A DNA stretch of 63,866 bases, the filler included, from Atractiella rhizophila (Eukaryota): NCBI GenBank assembly GCA_021432655.1. It is 6 parts of 5 records of this genome, joined end to end, with 100 filler letters (N's around TTAATTAATTAA, not from the genome) between each part and the next. Parts side by side here need not be neighbours in the genome. Positions count along the whole stretch, not along the records: positions 1 to 28,724 come from MU271215.1; 5 more parts are not named here. One strand, 5' to 3'. Under the pieces are notes generated by a model, which searched no databases, was not told the DNA's origin, and saw only the letters and a list, made by a program, of their open reading frames with translations. The position numbers were made by a program, and so were the translations under genes. Within the stretch, counting starts at the first letter, position 1; the number at the start of each line of letters is the position of its first letter. Positions 13,210 to 27,759 of this stretch are shown piece after piece.

Positions 13210-15411
13210 CTAACTGCAGAGGGAGTTAGTGTTTCTGGTAGCAAAAGAGGCGAGGGGAAAAGACGAACAGAGTTTTCTTCAGCTCCGCACATAAACCTTT
13301 CAAATTCAGTCCGTCGATCTGGTGAAGTTCACATTTCTCAAAATGCTTGCAAAGAGCTCCAGGTCTGAGTAAGGCATTCTGGTTCGGGCTGTGAAGCCCA
13401 GGAGCATTGCGGCAAGATCCAATGTAGCCTGCGACGCCTTTGATCCACAGGTCGAAGTCGGTCCAAGGGAAAACCTCTTCAAATGAACGCTTGTTGTCTT
13501 CTGACCAGACACGAGGGCAGTCTCTCGTGAGCGAGAAAGTAAGATATGTTTCGTCCGTTTTCCATCGCTCATATTTTCCCATCGTCACCTTAATCGCTCT
13601 CTTGGGAGTGGTAGTCTTATCGATAGCCCCGTAGACTGTCGGCCGTCCAGGATCGATATAGAAATACAGATAGGTAGGCTTCATTGGGTATGCTCGCACC
13701 CTTGTGACCGCTGGGTTATGTGAGAACAACCAAGCAGACAAGATGGCCCCTGGGAAATGCGATTGGGCAGATGGCGTATGCTATAAATAAAGGTCATAGT
13801 CAGTGAATGCGCAGGTCAAAACAAGTCGAACGCGCCATAAATCTGTCAAATAAATACGACGGGATGGTACCATTCTGTAGTCCAGTACCCTCATTTTCGA
13901 ATTGCATGCGTAAACCCTCTGTGTTAGGAGACATTTTCCAACTGTTCATGCTATCTCCAGCTACCCCAGTTGTTGCCGTCGTAGTTGTCGATGCATTACG
14001 AGATAGTTCGATTGCCCCTAGGTATGCAGAACTTTGTTGGCTGGAAGGACACGCCTCAATTCGGTGAGGTGGATTTACTGCTTCCTGGGGAGTAGTATCG
14101 GATGGGCTAAAGGGATCCATCTGGATTTCGTTCCAGTCCAATGTAGCAGTAACACCGTTGATATCTGACGTGTCCATGAAACGCAAGCAGAATACTAATG
14201 AAGGGCACAATTATCAAGCAGTAAGTGGAGGAAGGTTGAAATTACTCTTACCTCCCTCTTCTTGGTGGAAGCGGTCTTGGTTCCTGACAAGCAATGCGAT
14301 TGCTTGTTTCACGGTCCAATCTTCTGGAGTGAAGCTCCAATGTGTCTACGCATCAAATCAACGGAAATCGCGTCAAGAATGGAAGAAATGCATACTGCAG
14401 TACACAGAGCACTCAAATCGTCGTCGGAAGCAATAACGATCTCGACTTGGTGTCCCACCTATCACACCTGAGCCAACTGGAATAAGAAAGAGAGATGACC
14501 AACCATCAGCATCGCCTTCAGGAGCACGTCGAGAGGATCCGCCAAGGTTCCTCTCAGATCTTCAGCTTCCTCCACATCTACCCTCCGCCGTGCCTTGATC
14601 CGACTCATATAAAGGGTCTGGTTGCCAAGCTGCTTTTGCGGTGTTGAGTATATACCATGCCCTAAAATTCTATTACTCCCTGTCGAATAGTGTTGAAAAT
14701 ATACCTGGTTGCTCTGGACCACCATGGACGGTTGCCCCAATGACATTCTTGTAATCACGACCGAGATGAAATCCTCCCAACATGCATCCAAAACTAACAT
14801 CGACTGATTGGTCTCTCTCCGTAAAGATAGCTGCCAATCGGTCGAAGGCTTTGACTACACCAGTAATCATGCAAATTCCGCCCCTAGCTTCAGGGATCGA
14901 CTGAACAAAGCGTTTGAAGTAGTCCACGGCACGAGCTTTGTTCTGGACCTCCAGTCGGACGCCTTCAAACTTCGTGACGAGAAAAGCTGCCTGTGGTGAT
15001 TGACTTCGGAAGTTATGATCCGTATCAAAACTGAAATGAAGTTTTAATATATCCAAACTCAAAAGATGAGAGGGGAACTGACATGGAATGAGGGGGTAGA
15101 TTGACCCCCATATTACATCCATTGACCGTGAGGAGTACTTTCTCCCCGAATTTTGGTTTCCCAGCATCCAAGGTGACACCAACATCTATCCAGTTGAATA
15201 GATCGTGTGGACGAGGTGATAACTCGTGAGGACGAGGCTCATCGACAGGATGAGTCACCACAAATGTGCCGTCCATGGAATAGCCAATATCGCCCAGTTC
15301 GCACTCCCTGTAGACCTGACCATGTATGGCCATTGGCTGCAGGAGTGCAAAGTGGTTCTGTTTGGCACAGTACATCAGAAATTGATAGACGGTCCATGGA
15401 TCATGAGACAT
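13210..15411 (-). CDS. ~600-aa protein: putative gasdermin-like N-terminal domain plus uncharacterised C-terminal domain
   Basis: Nine GT-AG exons (15411-15083, 15030-14705, 14661-14504, 14458-14396, 14345-14252, 14194-13889, 13842-13832, 13780-13269, 13213-13210) total 1803 nt in one open frame. Motifs LGDIGY..DGTF, AAFL, CMITGVVKA, NQTLYMSRIKAR. The gene model is well supported; the fold assignment is inference. Confidence 0.6.
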
Positions 15412-15434
15412 GTTGACGGTGGACGCGATATTAC

Positions 15435-15461
15435 TTTTTTTTTGGGGGGGGGGGGGGGGGG
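15435..15461 (+). repeat. T9-G18 homopolymer run
   Basis: Directly visible, about 25 nt upstream of the ATG at 15411 (C18-A9 on the sense strand). Confidence 0.9.
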
Positions 15462-17282
15462 TTGATATATTCTAAAGTCCAGCACAGCTGTGAATACGCT
15501 TCTCACGAACAAATCGTGCAGCACAAGGAGGACGAGAGACGTGCAATTGTCGAGGAGTACGAATAGAGCTGTGTACATCGATATTAATATATATAGCAGG
15601 GTGGCCGCTCCTTCTCTCCAAACAAACATTCCTACTTGGAAGCCCACCGTGTGGCAGGGAAATCGGGAGTTTGGATAATTCTGAACCACATCAATTGAGC
15701 AGAGCGAATTCGCTTGCCGTTTTTACTGGAAAGGGTAACACAATATAGGTGCTCAATGAAGGTTAAACCTTTTGAAGCTGGAGGACGTTCTCACTGCGGA
15801 AAGAAGCCTACCCTTTATACTATGTAATTTAATTTATTCTCTTGGAACTGAAAATGAGTGCAGCAACGAACATTTTACAATAATACCAAATCCGAGAATG
15901 CGTCCGAACGGAACCTAAACTCATTCAGCAACAAAATGAACTCTGCAGAGGCTCTAAGCATTAACAAACTTCGTATGGTCAAGATAACAATGTCGTTAGG
16001 GGTTTAACTGACACAATGCAAGCGCCAACACAATGTCTGCAAGAGAATGTTTCATTCAAAAACAGTCATAAGCGGGTTATGCATTTCTATTGGTGATCTT
16101 ATTGTTCATGCATGAGGCATCGTCAGCAAAGCCTAAGACAGGAACGTTGCATGAACCCTATCCACAACATCACATTCCGAATAATCAAACTGCGGATGAT
16201 CTAAGTAAAATGGGTCAAAAGGGGGAAAGGAGATTTCAAAGAACGAGGGAGCAGGACATCATTAGAGTTCGTTGACTAGACCTAAGCTGCAAGAGCAAGA
16301 GCCCAAACGGCAAGTTTCCCCGTGTTTTAAATAGGAGGGAAGCCGGAGCCGAAACAGCGACGACGGCTTCAATCTTTCGGAATAGGAGCGGAAAGACATT
16401 GACAAGTTACGCCAGGCGGATGCTGAGTGCTGAGGTTCTGCGGAGAGTACCTCATCTCCGACGTCTTCGTCCCGTAAGATTGACTTTAAGAAAGTCTAAA
16501 AAGTTCTTGAAACTCCATGCTGGCACACAAGTTTATGTCGAGTTCGATAGGCACAATTTGGCAGTGACGCAGATAAGAGCAGGGACTTCCGAATAAATAG
16601 GACAGGTTTCGGTGAAATGAATGACTAGGCAAATTGTAACATGGTCAAAACATGCAGACGTGGTCGGTTAGAAACTTTCTTTTTCCCTAGCCGTGAGGAT
16701 CGAGGAAGACTCGTGCCATTGAGTGCTCGCAGTGATAACAGTTGCTGAGAGATCCGGATGTGACCAGAAAACACTTTATTTCTGAGTAGCTGCCATAAAT
16801 GAAATATAATGAATGAAACGTGACGAACATGACGGCAGAAACATCAGGTTCGTGAGAACAAGATCAGAGATAGAGGCGAGATAACGTCGCTCTAATTAGT
16901 TGATCGTTTAGTTGTCCAAATGGCCCAGCGTTCTCGGAGGGAAAGTTCAGCTGGGACGTGAGCGAACACAGTTAATAATGAACCAAACTGAGCTCTCAAA
17001 ACAGTAGACTGTACCTGTACAACTGTTCAACCGTGTTGGTGCCTTTTCGTACATGGGCGTGCTTGCTTGTGCCTAGCATGGCTGCCTATGCTGCCTATCA
17101 CCATCCATTCAATACATCGCCATTCTGGCAGCCCAAGACGGATTCCCAGCCGGGAGCATTGCTGAAGTGGTCAAAGGACGCGGGACTCGGAGTGTTACGC
17201 GTTCGCTTCGTTCGGATTCCGTCACAGCTGACGCGCTGACACTGAGCAGTGCGAGTTCGGATGGTCGTGTGGAACAGAGGAA

Positions 17283-17380
17283 GAAGTTCTGGAAGTCGGT
17301 GGAATGTGTGAAGACAGTGTGACAACTTCATGAACATCTATTGAAAGCACCGTGAAAGGCTTAACGCCGAACTTCTGGAA
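17283..17380 (+). promoter_or_regulatory. Two HSE-like GAA(G/C)TTCTGGAA motifs upstream of YDJ1
   Basis: Motifs at 17283-17294 and 17369-17380, each with an nTTCnnGAAn core. Confidence 0.45.
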
Positions 17381-17473
17381 AAAATTGAAGCCTGAACGAA
17401 CCCTTTCAAAACGACGGTCCTCTCCAGTTCCCTTCCCTTTGACTCTCATAGAATCGATTAGGATAAACTAACA

Positions 17474-18945
17474 ATGGTGGCGAGCACGAAATTTTACGAT
17501 TTATTAGGCGTCTCCCCTTCTGCCAGCGAAGACGAGCTCAAGAAAGCTTACCGCAAGTTGGGTACGTCCCTTTACAAATCCCTTTCCTTTTTGCTATGTT
17601 GGAAGGCAATGGGTTGACAAATGTACTTGGAAATGGCGAACAGCATTGAAATATCATCCTGACAAGAACAAGACACCTGAGGCGGCTGACAAGTTCAAGG
17701 AGATTACTCATGGTTCGTCTTTCTTCTCCCTTAGCGCGGGGTAAGAGTAATTTCTTAACGTTCTCTTCTGTATCAAATAGCATATGAAATTCTTGGAGAT
17801 CCCCAAAAGCGCGATGCGTACGATCGTTACGGTGAAGAAGGGATCGGGAATGAAGGCATGGGGATGAACGCTGAGGATCTCTTCTCGCAACTCTTCGGCG
17901 GTGGCGGCGGGTTCTTTGGTGGCGGTGGCCGTAGGAATGCTGGACCACGGAAGGGAAAGGATTTGGTTCATCGAATCAACGTCACTTTGGAGGAGTTGTA
18001 TAAAGGGAAGATGACGAAGCTCGCTCTTCAGAAGCAAGTCCTTTGTTCAAAGTGTAACGGAAAAGGAGGGAAGGAAGGAGCGGTCAAGCAGTGCGGAACT
18101 TGCCGAGGCTCTGGTATTCGTATGGTCGTTCGTCAACTTGGTCCGATGGTGCAGCAGATTCAGCAACCCTGCTCGGATTGTAACGGAGAGGGACAAATCA
18201 TCAATCCCAAGGATCGATGCAAACAGTGTAACGGGAAGAAGACTCAGCAGGAGAAGAAGATTCTTGAGGTCAACATCGATAAAGGGATGAAGGATGGACA
18301 GACCGTCACTTTCAACGGAGAAGCGGATCAGGCACCAAATATTCTGCCCGGAGACGTTGTCATCGTCATCGATGAGAAAAAACACCCGAGATTCCAACGA
18401 CGCGGAAACGACCTTCTTTACGAGACAGAAATCGATTTACAGGCATGTTTGGGCGCGGGAGGTCAATTCACGATCGAACATCTCGACGACCGGGTCTTGC
18501 TAGTCAACATCCCAGCAGATGGCAAGATCATCAAACCAGGTTTGCATTTCCCTTTCTTCTTACTCTCCTCCTCCTGAAAAACTATGAATAGGGTCCATCC
18601 AAGTTATTCCCGGTCAAGGAATGCCTTCTTACCGTCATCACGAACCCGGAGATATGATTGTCACCCTGAACGTCAGATTTCCGGAAAGCCTCCCGCTCGA
18701 GGTTCTCCCTGTCATCGAGACTGCACTTCCGGCACGTACGCCGGTGAAGCAGTACGATCAGAAGAAGTTCCTGACTGAGGAGGTGGAGCTGGAGGAGCTT
18801 ACGGAGGCGCAGGCAAGGAGGAAGGAGCAGGAGAATGGGATGGATGAGGATGAGGATGGTGGACCCCAGGTCCAATGTGCTAACGTAAGCGTTTCTTCTG
18901 TCCTCCTCTCTGGAAGCACTGTACTGATATAATGGATAGCAATGA
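17474..18945 (+). CDS. YDJ1: Type I Hsp40/DnaJ co-chaperone
   Basis: J-domain with HPD, G/F region, four CxxCxGxG repeats, and C-terminal CaaX (CANQ) completed by exon 18940-18945. Confidence 0.96.
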
Positions 18946-19357
18946 GCACAATGATTCGGTCTTTCGATTTAGTAGCCTTGCAGCTGATCGCTCGTTCTTT
19001 GATGGCTGTTGCCTCCTGTGTACAAGTTGTTCTTTCTACGCAGTAATAGATTCTTCTATACCATCTAGATATAGTGTACACATTCCTCATCCTGTCTCAA
19101 GCAGTAGTAAGTTGTAAGGAAGCGACATTGCGGAACAGCCTCCAGTAAGCCGCGCTTCCGCTCGACGACCACCTTCTCATCGACGTGCACATCGCAACCA
19201 CTATAAAAGCATCCAGGCTTCTCCGAGGTGCAAAGGTCCTTTTATTTACATCCTTTCATCACTCAAGCCGCGAGCGGCAAATCCATACGCGCTCACCGCT
19301 CCATCGATTTCCACGAATCAAACGACGAACGTCCAGGATAATCAAGGATAACAAACG

Positions 19358-20998
19358 ATGGCCTTCATTCCAAAGAAGAAAGCTCCACGCGGACCCCGAC
19401 TAGCTCTTCCTGCTGTCTCTCCTCCCGCTGCGCCTCAGCCTACTCAACCTGGTGAATCGTCCGCGACTGGAGACTCTCGTATCGGACTCTCAGCCAATTA
19501 CCAAAATGTTGCTGGCACAACCACTTCTTATGGAGGCTATGAAGATGGAGACGAACCTGGAGAGTTTAAGTACAATCCTGGAGATCAGGATAGGATGTTA
19601 AAAGAGATCCAAGATGCCATGGGTAAAGTTGAACTTGAGCGAGATCTCAGTGGTCAGCATGCTTTGAATGAAGAGGATTTAGAGGGGACGAAGAGCTTGG
19701 GTGTGCCTGGAGCTGCTGCTGAAGGTGGAACACCAAAAGCGAGAAGCAGAGCGAGCAGTGTGATCAATGTTACTGTGGAAGAAAAGGAGGAAGGAAAGGA
19801 TGCCAAGAATGTCGAGATTTCACTTAATCCCGGTGATATGGAGGATTTGGGGAGATTGGGAGAGGGTGCTGGCGGAGAGGTGAGGAAGAGCAGACACAAG
19901 CCTACAGGACTCGTGATGGCAAAGAAGGTGCGCTTATGTTTTTGAAGTCATTGATCAAGGGGTTCATGAGTTTGCACTTCTTTCTTTGTAGACCATTCCT
20001 GCTTCTCCGAACCCAGCCATCCATAGACAAATCCTCAGAGAATTGTCTTTCAATCGAGAATGTAACAACGCCTACATCTGTCGATACTATGGTGCTTTCT
20101 TGGAAGAGGTGCGCATTTATCTCGCTTTGATCGCTGGTGGATACCTGGGTCCTGATGGGTACGATGTGGTAGAACGACACGCAGATTGCCATTTTTATGG
20201 AGTTCTGCGAGGGCGGCTCTTTCGATGCTATCTCGAATCGGATCAAGGCTATGGGTGCACGAGCTGGTGAGAAAGTATTGGGCAAGGTCGCGGAGGCTGT
20301 GCGTTTGCCCGTCCCTACCACTCCATCTATTAATGCGCTTCGTTATCAAGGTATTGGGTGGTCTCGTCTACCTTCACAGCCGGAAGATTATCCACCGCGA
20401 TATCAAGCCTTCGAACATTCTGGTCACAAGGAAAGGAGAAATGAAGCTCGCAGACTTTGGTGTATCTGGAGAACTAGTCAACTCCCTCGCTGGAACCTTT
20501 ACCGGGACGTCTTACTACATGGCCGTTCGTGCAATTCCCTTCCATTGTCCAAACTGTCTGACTGTGTGGAATTGTGAACAGCCGGAACGTATTCGAGGAG
20601 CCAAATATACCATCAATAGCGACGTTTGGTCCCTCGGTCTAACTCTGCTCGAACTAGCAATGAACCGCTTCCCCTTCCCTCCAGAGGGAGAACCGCCACT
20701 TGGTCCTATTGAACTGCTCACCTATATTGTTAAGATGGAAGTTCCCAAGTTGGAAGACAACGAAGCGGAAGGAGTGAAGTGGACGAAGTATATCAGGGAC
20801 TTCATCAATGTTTGGTGCGCCTTTTGTTCCCTTTCACATGCTGAGTCAATCACTGAATGTGGATGAAGCCTTGAGAAGGATCCAGCGAACCGGCCAACCC
20901 CTCAGAGGTTGCTGACCCACCCTTGGATTAAGAGGAGCGAGGCGAAACCAAACGACTTCCTTGAAGGATGGTTGAAGAGTATTTGGGGATGGGAGTGA
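19358..20998 (+). CDS. MKK1: MAP kinase kinase, cell-wall-integrity type (Mkk1/Pek1)
   Basis: [50 protein letters not shown], and an N-terminal docking motif [12 protein letters not shown]. Confidence 0.92.
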
Positions 20999-21229
20999 TG
21001 GGAGTGAGTGTATCATTACAGATGAGAAGAATAGTTGTGCTTGTCATCGTGTTTGGAATCAATTACATGTTGTGCCTCGCCTCCCCGTACTCTCTTCTCT
21101 CGATGCTTGACGGTTTAAACCTCTGCCAGTCATGATCTATGCTAATATCTCAACCTAGAGCACCGTATCACGAGCAGCGACAAATGGCAACGTGTCACAT
21201 GACGACAGGCCTGTAGGGTCAGGGTCGCC

Positions 21230-21250
21230 AACTTCTCGAAATTTTTTCTC
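21230..21250 (+). promoter_or_regulatory. HSE-like element upstream of SSC1
   Basis: AACTTCTCGAAATTTTTTCTC (TTCnnGAAnnTTT), about 110 nt before the ATG. Confidence 0.45.
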
Positions 21251-21350
21251 CCCAAAACGGCCACGCCATAAAAGAGTCTACTTCTCTTCCACGTCCCTAT
21301 CTAATATTTTTGCTTCTTTTCTCTAAATCCCACCCAACTTTACTTTCAAC

Positions 21351-23707
<2,357 letters not shown>

Positions 23708-24130
23708 AGACCTCCATCCCACTCGCCCCTTCATTCATCGATACCACGCACCACCCCTTTTACTATAAAAGAAGAAATGAGCCGGAATACCGCCGCGGTA
23801 ACCTCTGGTCCTTTTTTCTTCCCTTTATCATTTGTTTCGATTCGCAACTTCGCATTCACCGCTCAGATCAAACGTTATCACCTTTTAGTAGATTTACTTT
23901 TCACTAGCAGCATTCGTGTGCCTGTTACGATGAGATGACCTGTCTTTGCATCCTTTTTTGGGTGGGATGAAAAGAGAGGAGTTGTACGATATGCAGTATA
24001 GTTGGACCACGAAGAAGTTTAAAAGTAGAATAATTATGCTTATTACATCCAACTAATAATGCATGGTGCCTTGTGGGAAGTGGGTTCAGCTTTCCAAATT
24101 GAAGGGTACAACAAGCCACTGGCAAAGTGT

Positions 24131-26116
24131 CTACAAATTCTTCCTCATCTCCTCACTCCACTCTTTCTCTCTTCCCTTCTGTATCAGATAAAACTCAAGA
24201 CACCATCCATCCTTGAGTTCCAGACCATCCTTCTCCGCATCTTTCCAGCATCCATCGATCAGCTTGGCTAACACAATCTTCTTGCCCATCTTCAAAATCC
24301 TTCCTTTCCTTGTCACAGCGAAAATACCACATTGCTCCAATACATCCTGTGGGAGGGCATCTGCGAAAGTTGCCTGCTCGGAGAATGAGACAATGAGGTC
24401 GCGTGTGGGTGGAGTGGAGAAGGGAGAAAGTAAGAAGACTGGGTAAGAGATGCCTCCTTCTGTTGGAGAGTAGGATGGTGGAGGGACGTCGGAGGGACAG
24501 GAGATGAAGGAGGGATCAAAATTTTTGGGTAGGAGGAGACGGCGGCTCTGGGTGTTTGGTTGAACATGTGCTCATAAGAAGAAAGAAACGGACAGACCTT
24601 CAATTCTTTCAATAATACAACTTTAGACTCTTCATCTTCCCGTCGCTTCCGTTCCACGCTTTCCACATAGTCCAGCTTCTTCTGCCATTGTCCTTCTACA
24701 TCCGCTCTTAGCTTCTTTATCAGTGGGTTTGCGCTGCCTCCCCCTATCCGTGAGTTGAGCTGCATCCATCGCTCAATGCAATCTAGGGACTCCTCGAACT
24801 TTTCAAGCTTGAATAGGGCGACGGAGGAGCGGTACAGCGCTTTAAGGGTCGTGGAGTCCTCGACTGAGGGAGGAGCCATGATGAGAGCGCAATCTCTGAG
24901 AGTGGAACCATAGTTTTCTGGCGATGAACAAGATTAGTGACTGTACAGTGTCGATATCAGAGGGTTGGCTGAGCGACTAGCCCAGTTCGACAGTGTTACT
25001 GCAGAGTAAAATACACCCTTTAACAAGAATGTGTTGAATTTAGTCATAAGTCCGGACATAGACTTTGTCTGATCAAAAATATGTCCCTATCCGATTTCTC
25101 CAACCAAATTCATGTAAGTTGGAGACTGAGACTTCTCATTCGTCACTCGCAGCTTAAGAGTGTCCTTAAGGAAAGCATCCCTGTCAGCACAACCGACTCC
25201 TTTCCATGTCGCTACATCAGCAACCAATCGCAAAGCTGACAATAAGCGACCTATGTTCATATCTCTAGAAACCACGGAAACATGTGACAATGGAGAGGCA
25301 TAATTGAGTCAACTACGATCATCCACTTCGCTTTCTAATAAAATAGGTCACAAGAGTTGACTTTTGTTTTTTAAAAAGGAAGCCAAAATCTAGCCGCTAT
25401 CCGTCTACACCAGGCCCAATCTTGGACGTTCGGTTATTCCAACGTATGCCAATATGACGCGACATTGCGCATCAGTGACGGATTGAACTAACTCGCTCAT
25501 GTCATGCTTTGTTCTGGAGGCACGACATCCTGGCACCAAAGTCATGGGCAAAGCGGCTCTGTCTCAGTCTCACTCGAAGGACAAGGAAGGAGTCCAAATT
25601 GTCCATCAGAGGGAATATAGCCTAGGCTCACAAAGTCGAAGGCATATGAAGAATAGAAAGGAAGAGACTTACGCAGTTCAAGGTTACAAGCCGCCTTGTT
25701 AGCCCACAACGTTCTCTTCGTCTCCAAGCTCAAATCCTTGCCTAATTCCCTGAGTGCCTGCTCGTAGAACGAAAGCGCCTTTCGATACTCTTTTCCGCGA
25801 AAATATTCGTTCGCTGTCTCCTTCAAGGACTGTGCCGTCTCTCAACCGTATGTCAGCCTTTGAGCTCTCACGATTCGTATTACAGTATGAGCTTAGCGAT
25901 GAGATACCTACCTTCAGGAGTACCCTCGTACATCAAACTCTGTAAAGCTTCTAATGCAACATTGTCCTTTCCAACGCCATTCTCATTCTCTCCATCGTTT
26001 CTGCTTGAGTCTAACTCGGAAGGAAGGGATTGCATGAACAGTGGCACTTTATCCCAATCCTTGAAGACATCGCGAGAGGGATCGAGTGCGTCTGGACGAG
26101 CGGGTAAGGTGGCCAT
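24131..26116 (-). CDS. CNS1: Hsp70/Hsp90 TPR co-chaperone Cns1/TTC4
   Basis: VPLFMQSLP..ALEALQSLMYEGTP, TPR KETANEYF..NKAACNLELQNYG..LRDC..KALYRS, C-terminal wheel-like region ending MRKNL*. Contains a 755-nt intron (24918-25672). Confidence 0.9.
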
Positions 26117-26339
26117 TTGCTTTGTCGATCGAGTGAGAAATTGAGAATCAGGCTGGGAGAGTGGCGAGATCGAGCATGGCAAATTTAAAGCCAACCGTGA
26201 CTCGAGAGGAGATTATGCATGAATCGGGAAGGCAGAGGACCAGATGAAAGACACGACCAGTCAACCTGCCTTGGAGCTTGGAGAACTGGAACTTTGCTAG
26301 GATTTATAGGAGACATAACCAGCAGTGTAAGTAATAAGC

Positions 26340-27647
26340 ATGGGGAGGCACTCTGCGTTGAACAGAGACATCTATTATCGGAAGGGAAAAGTGGAAGGTC
26401 TGGTCCAACTCTTTTCTCAATCGTAAGGGTAACAAGCTGATATTCAAATCAGGGTACCGGGCTCGCTCAGCGTACAAGGTACCTACTTTCTCATTCCATA
26501 ACCACTTGATGACGAGATGGAGCTGGGTAGTTGATCCATCTGGACGAGCAGTATGACCTCTTTTCTGATGTCGAGCGGGTTGTCGATCTCTGTGCCGCAC
26601 CAGGGAGCTGGAGTCAAGTTTTGAGTCAGAAGCTACCGTGTGTTCCTTTCTTTCTCACTTTAAGCTATCTTCAATTGAAACTGATGATATTGGAAGGGAC
26701 GGAGCGAAAATTGTCGCTGTTGACCTCCAGCCGATGGTTTGCCTTCACAGCACGAAAGGAGCGAAAATTTATGGATCCTATCATTTAGGCCCCGATACCT
26801 GGCGTCATACAGCTTCAGGGAGACATCACTTCGCCTGCTACGGCAGAAGCGATCATCTCCCACTTCTCTGGTTCCAAGGCCCAACTGGTTGTCTGCGACG
26901 GAGCACCGGATGGTAGGTTGCACAAGTCCTTAGCATCTCGTCGAAACACCAGATGATCACCGTGTAACAGTAACGGGTCTGCACGATCTCGACGCTTACA
27001 TCCAATCCCAACTTTTACTATCTGCACTTCAAATCACCCTTTGTACCCTGCAAAAAGGAGGGAACTTCGTTGCCAAGATCTTCCGGGCGAAGGACACAAC
27101 GCTGCTGTACGATCAGCTGCTGTCTTTTTTTGAGAGAGTGGAGGTAGCGAAGCCGAGAAGTTCAAGGGGAGGGAGTGTGGGTTCGTCATCCAACTCCTCA
27201 TTATATCCTCTTTTCACTTTGGATTGGAAGTGGAGTTTCATTCGTTGATGCCGAATGGGAATAGAGGCTTTCGTCGTTTGTCTTGGGTATAGCCCACCAG
27301 AAGGCTTTTCACCCTCATTGGAGAAGCCATTGCTCTCATTTGGATACGCCAACGAAGGGTCTTCTTCAGCGTCATCTTCCTCTTCATCGGCCGCAGGAGC
27401 CGCTTCTCGTTTCGGAACGAAGGAAGCAAGACGTATCGTCCGATTTGTAGCCTGCGGAGACCTCTCGTTAGTTCTTCTCTCCCTTTGTACAGAGCGACAT
27501 TCGAGACGCTGTTATAGTGGTTGGGATTCTGACACTAATTATCCGATGGATAAGGAGGAGCGAGATGCTGTCCCAAAGGAGCCTGTGCAAGCGCCTGTTG
27601 ACCCACCTTATAAGGAGTTTTTGGAGAGGAAACGGAAAGGGTTGTAA
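26340..27647 (+). CDS. TRM7: tRNA 2'-O-methyltransferase (FtsJ family)
   Basis: [64 protein letters not shown]. Confidence 0.94.
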
Positions 27648-27759
27648 GGGACGTCTTGGTCGGAAGGATCTACCGTAGAAATAGTCCTTTGCAAAATTTA
27701 CACTTGCTATGTGATGTTACAATGTGCCGCACGTCCTTTTCGCCTTGCCATCTCCAACG

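Noticed and set aside
15480..17400. Partner protease gene for the gasdermin-like gene
   Set aside because: Only short ORFs without subtilisin, caspase or CHAT motifs.
24918..25672. Hammerhead ribozyme, RNase P/MRP or U snRNA in the CNS1 intron
   Set aside because: CUGAUGA/GAAA cores, P4-forming regions and snRNA signatures were not found by eye.
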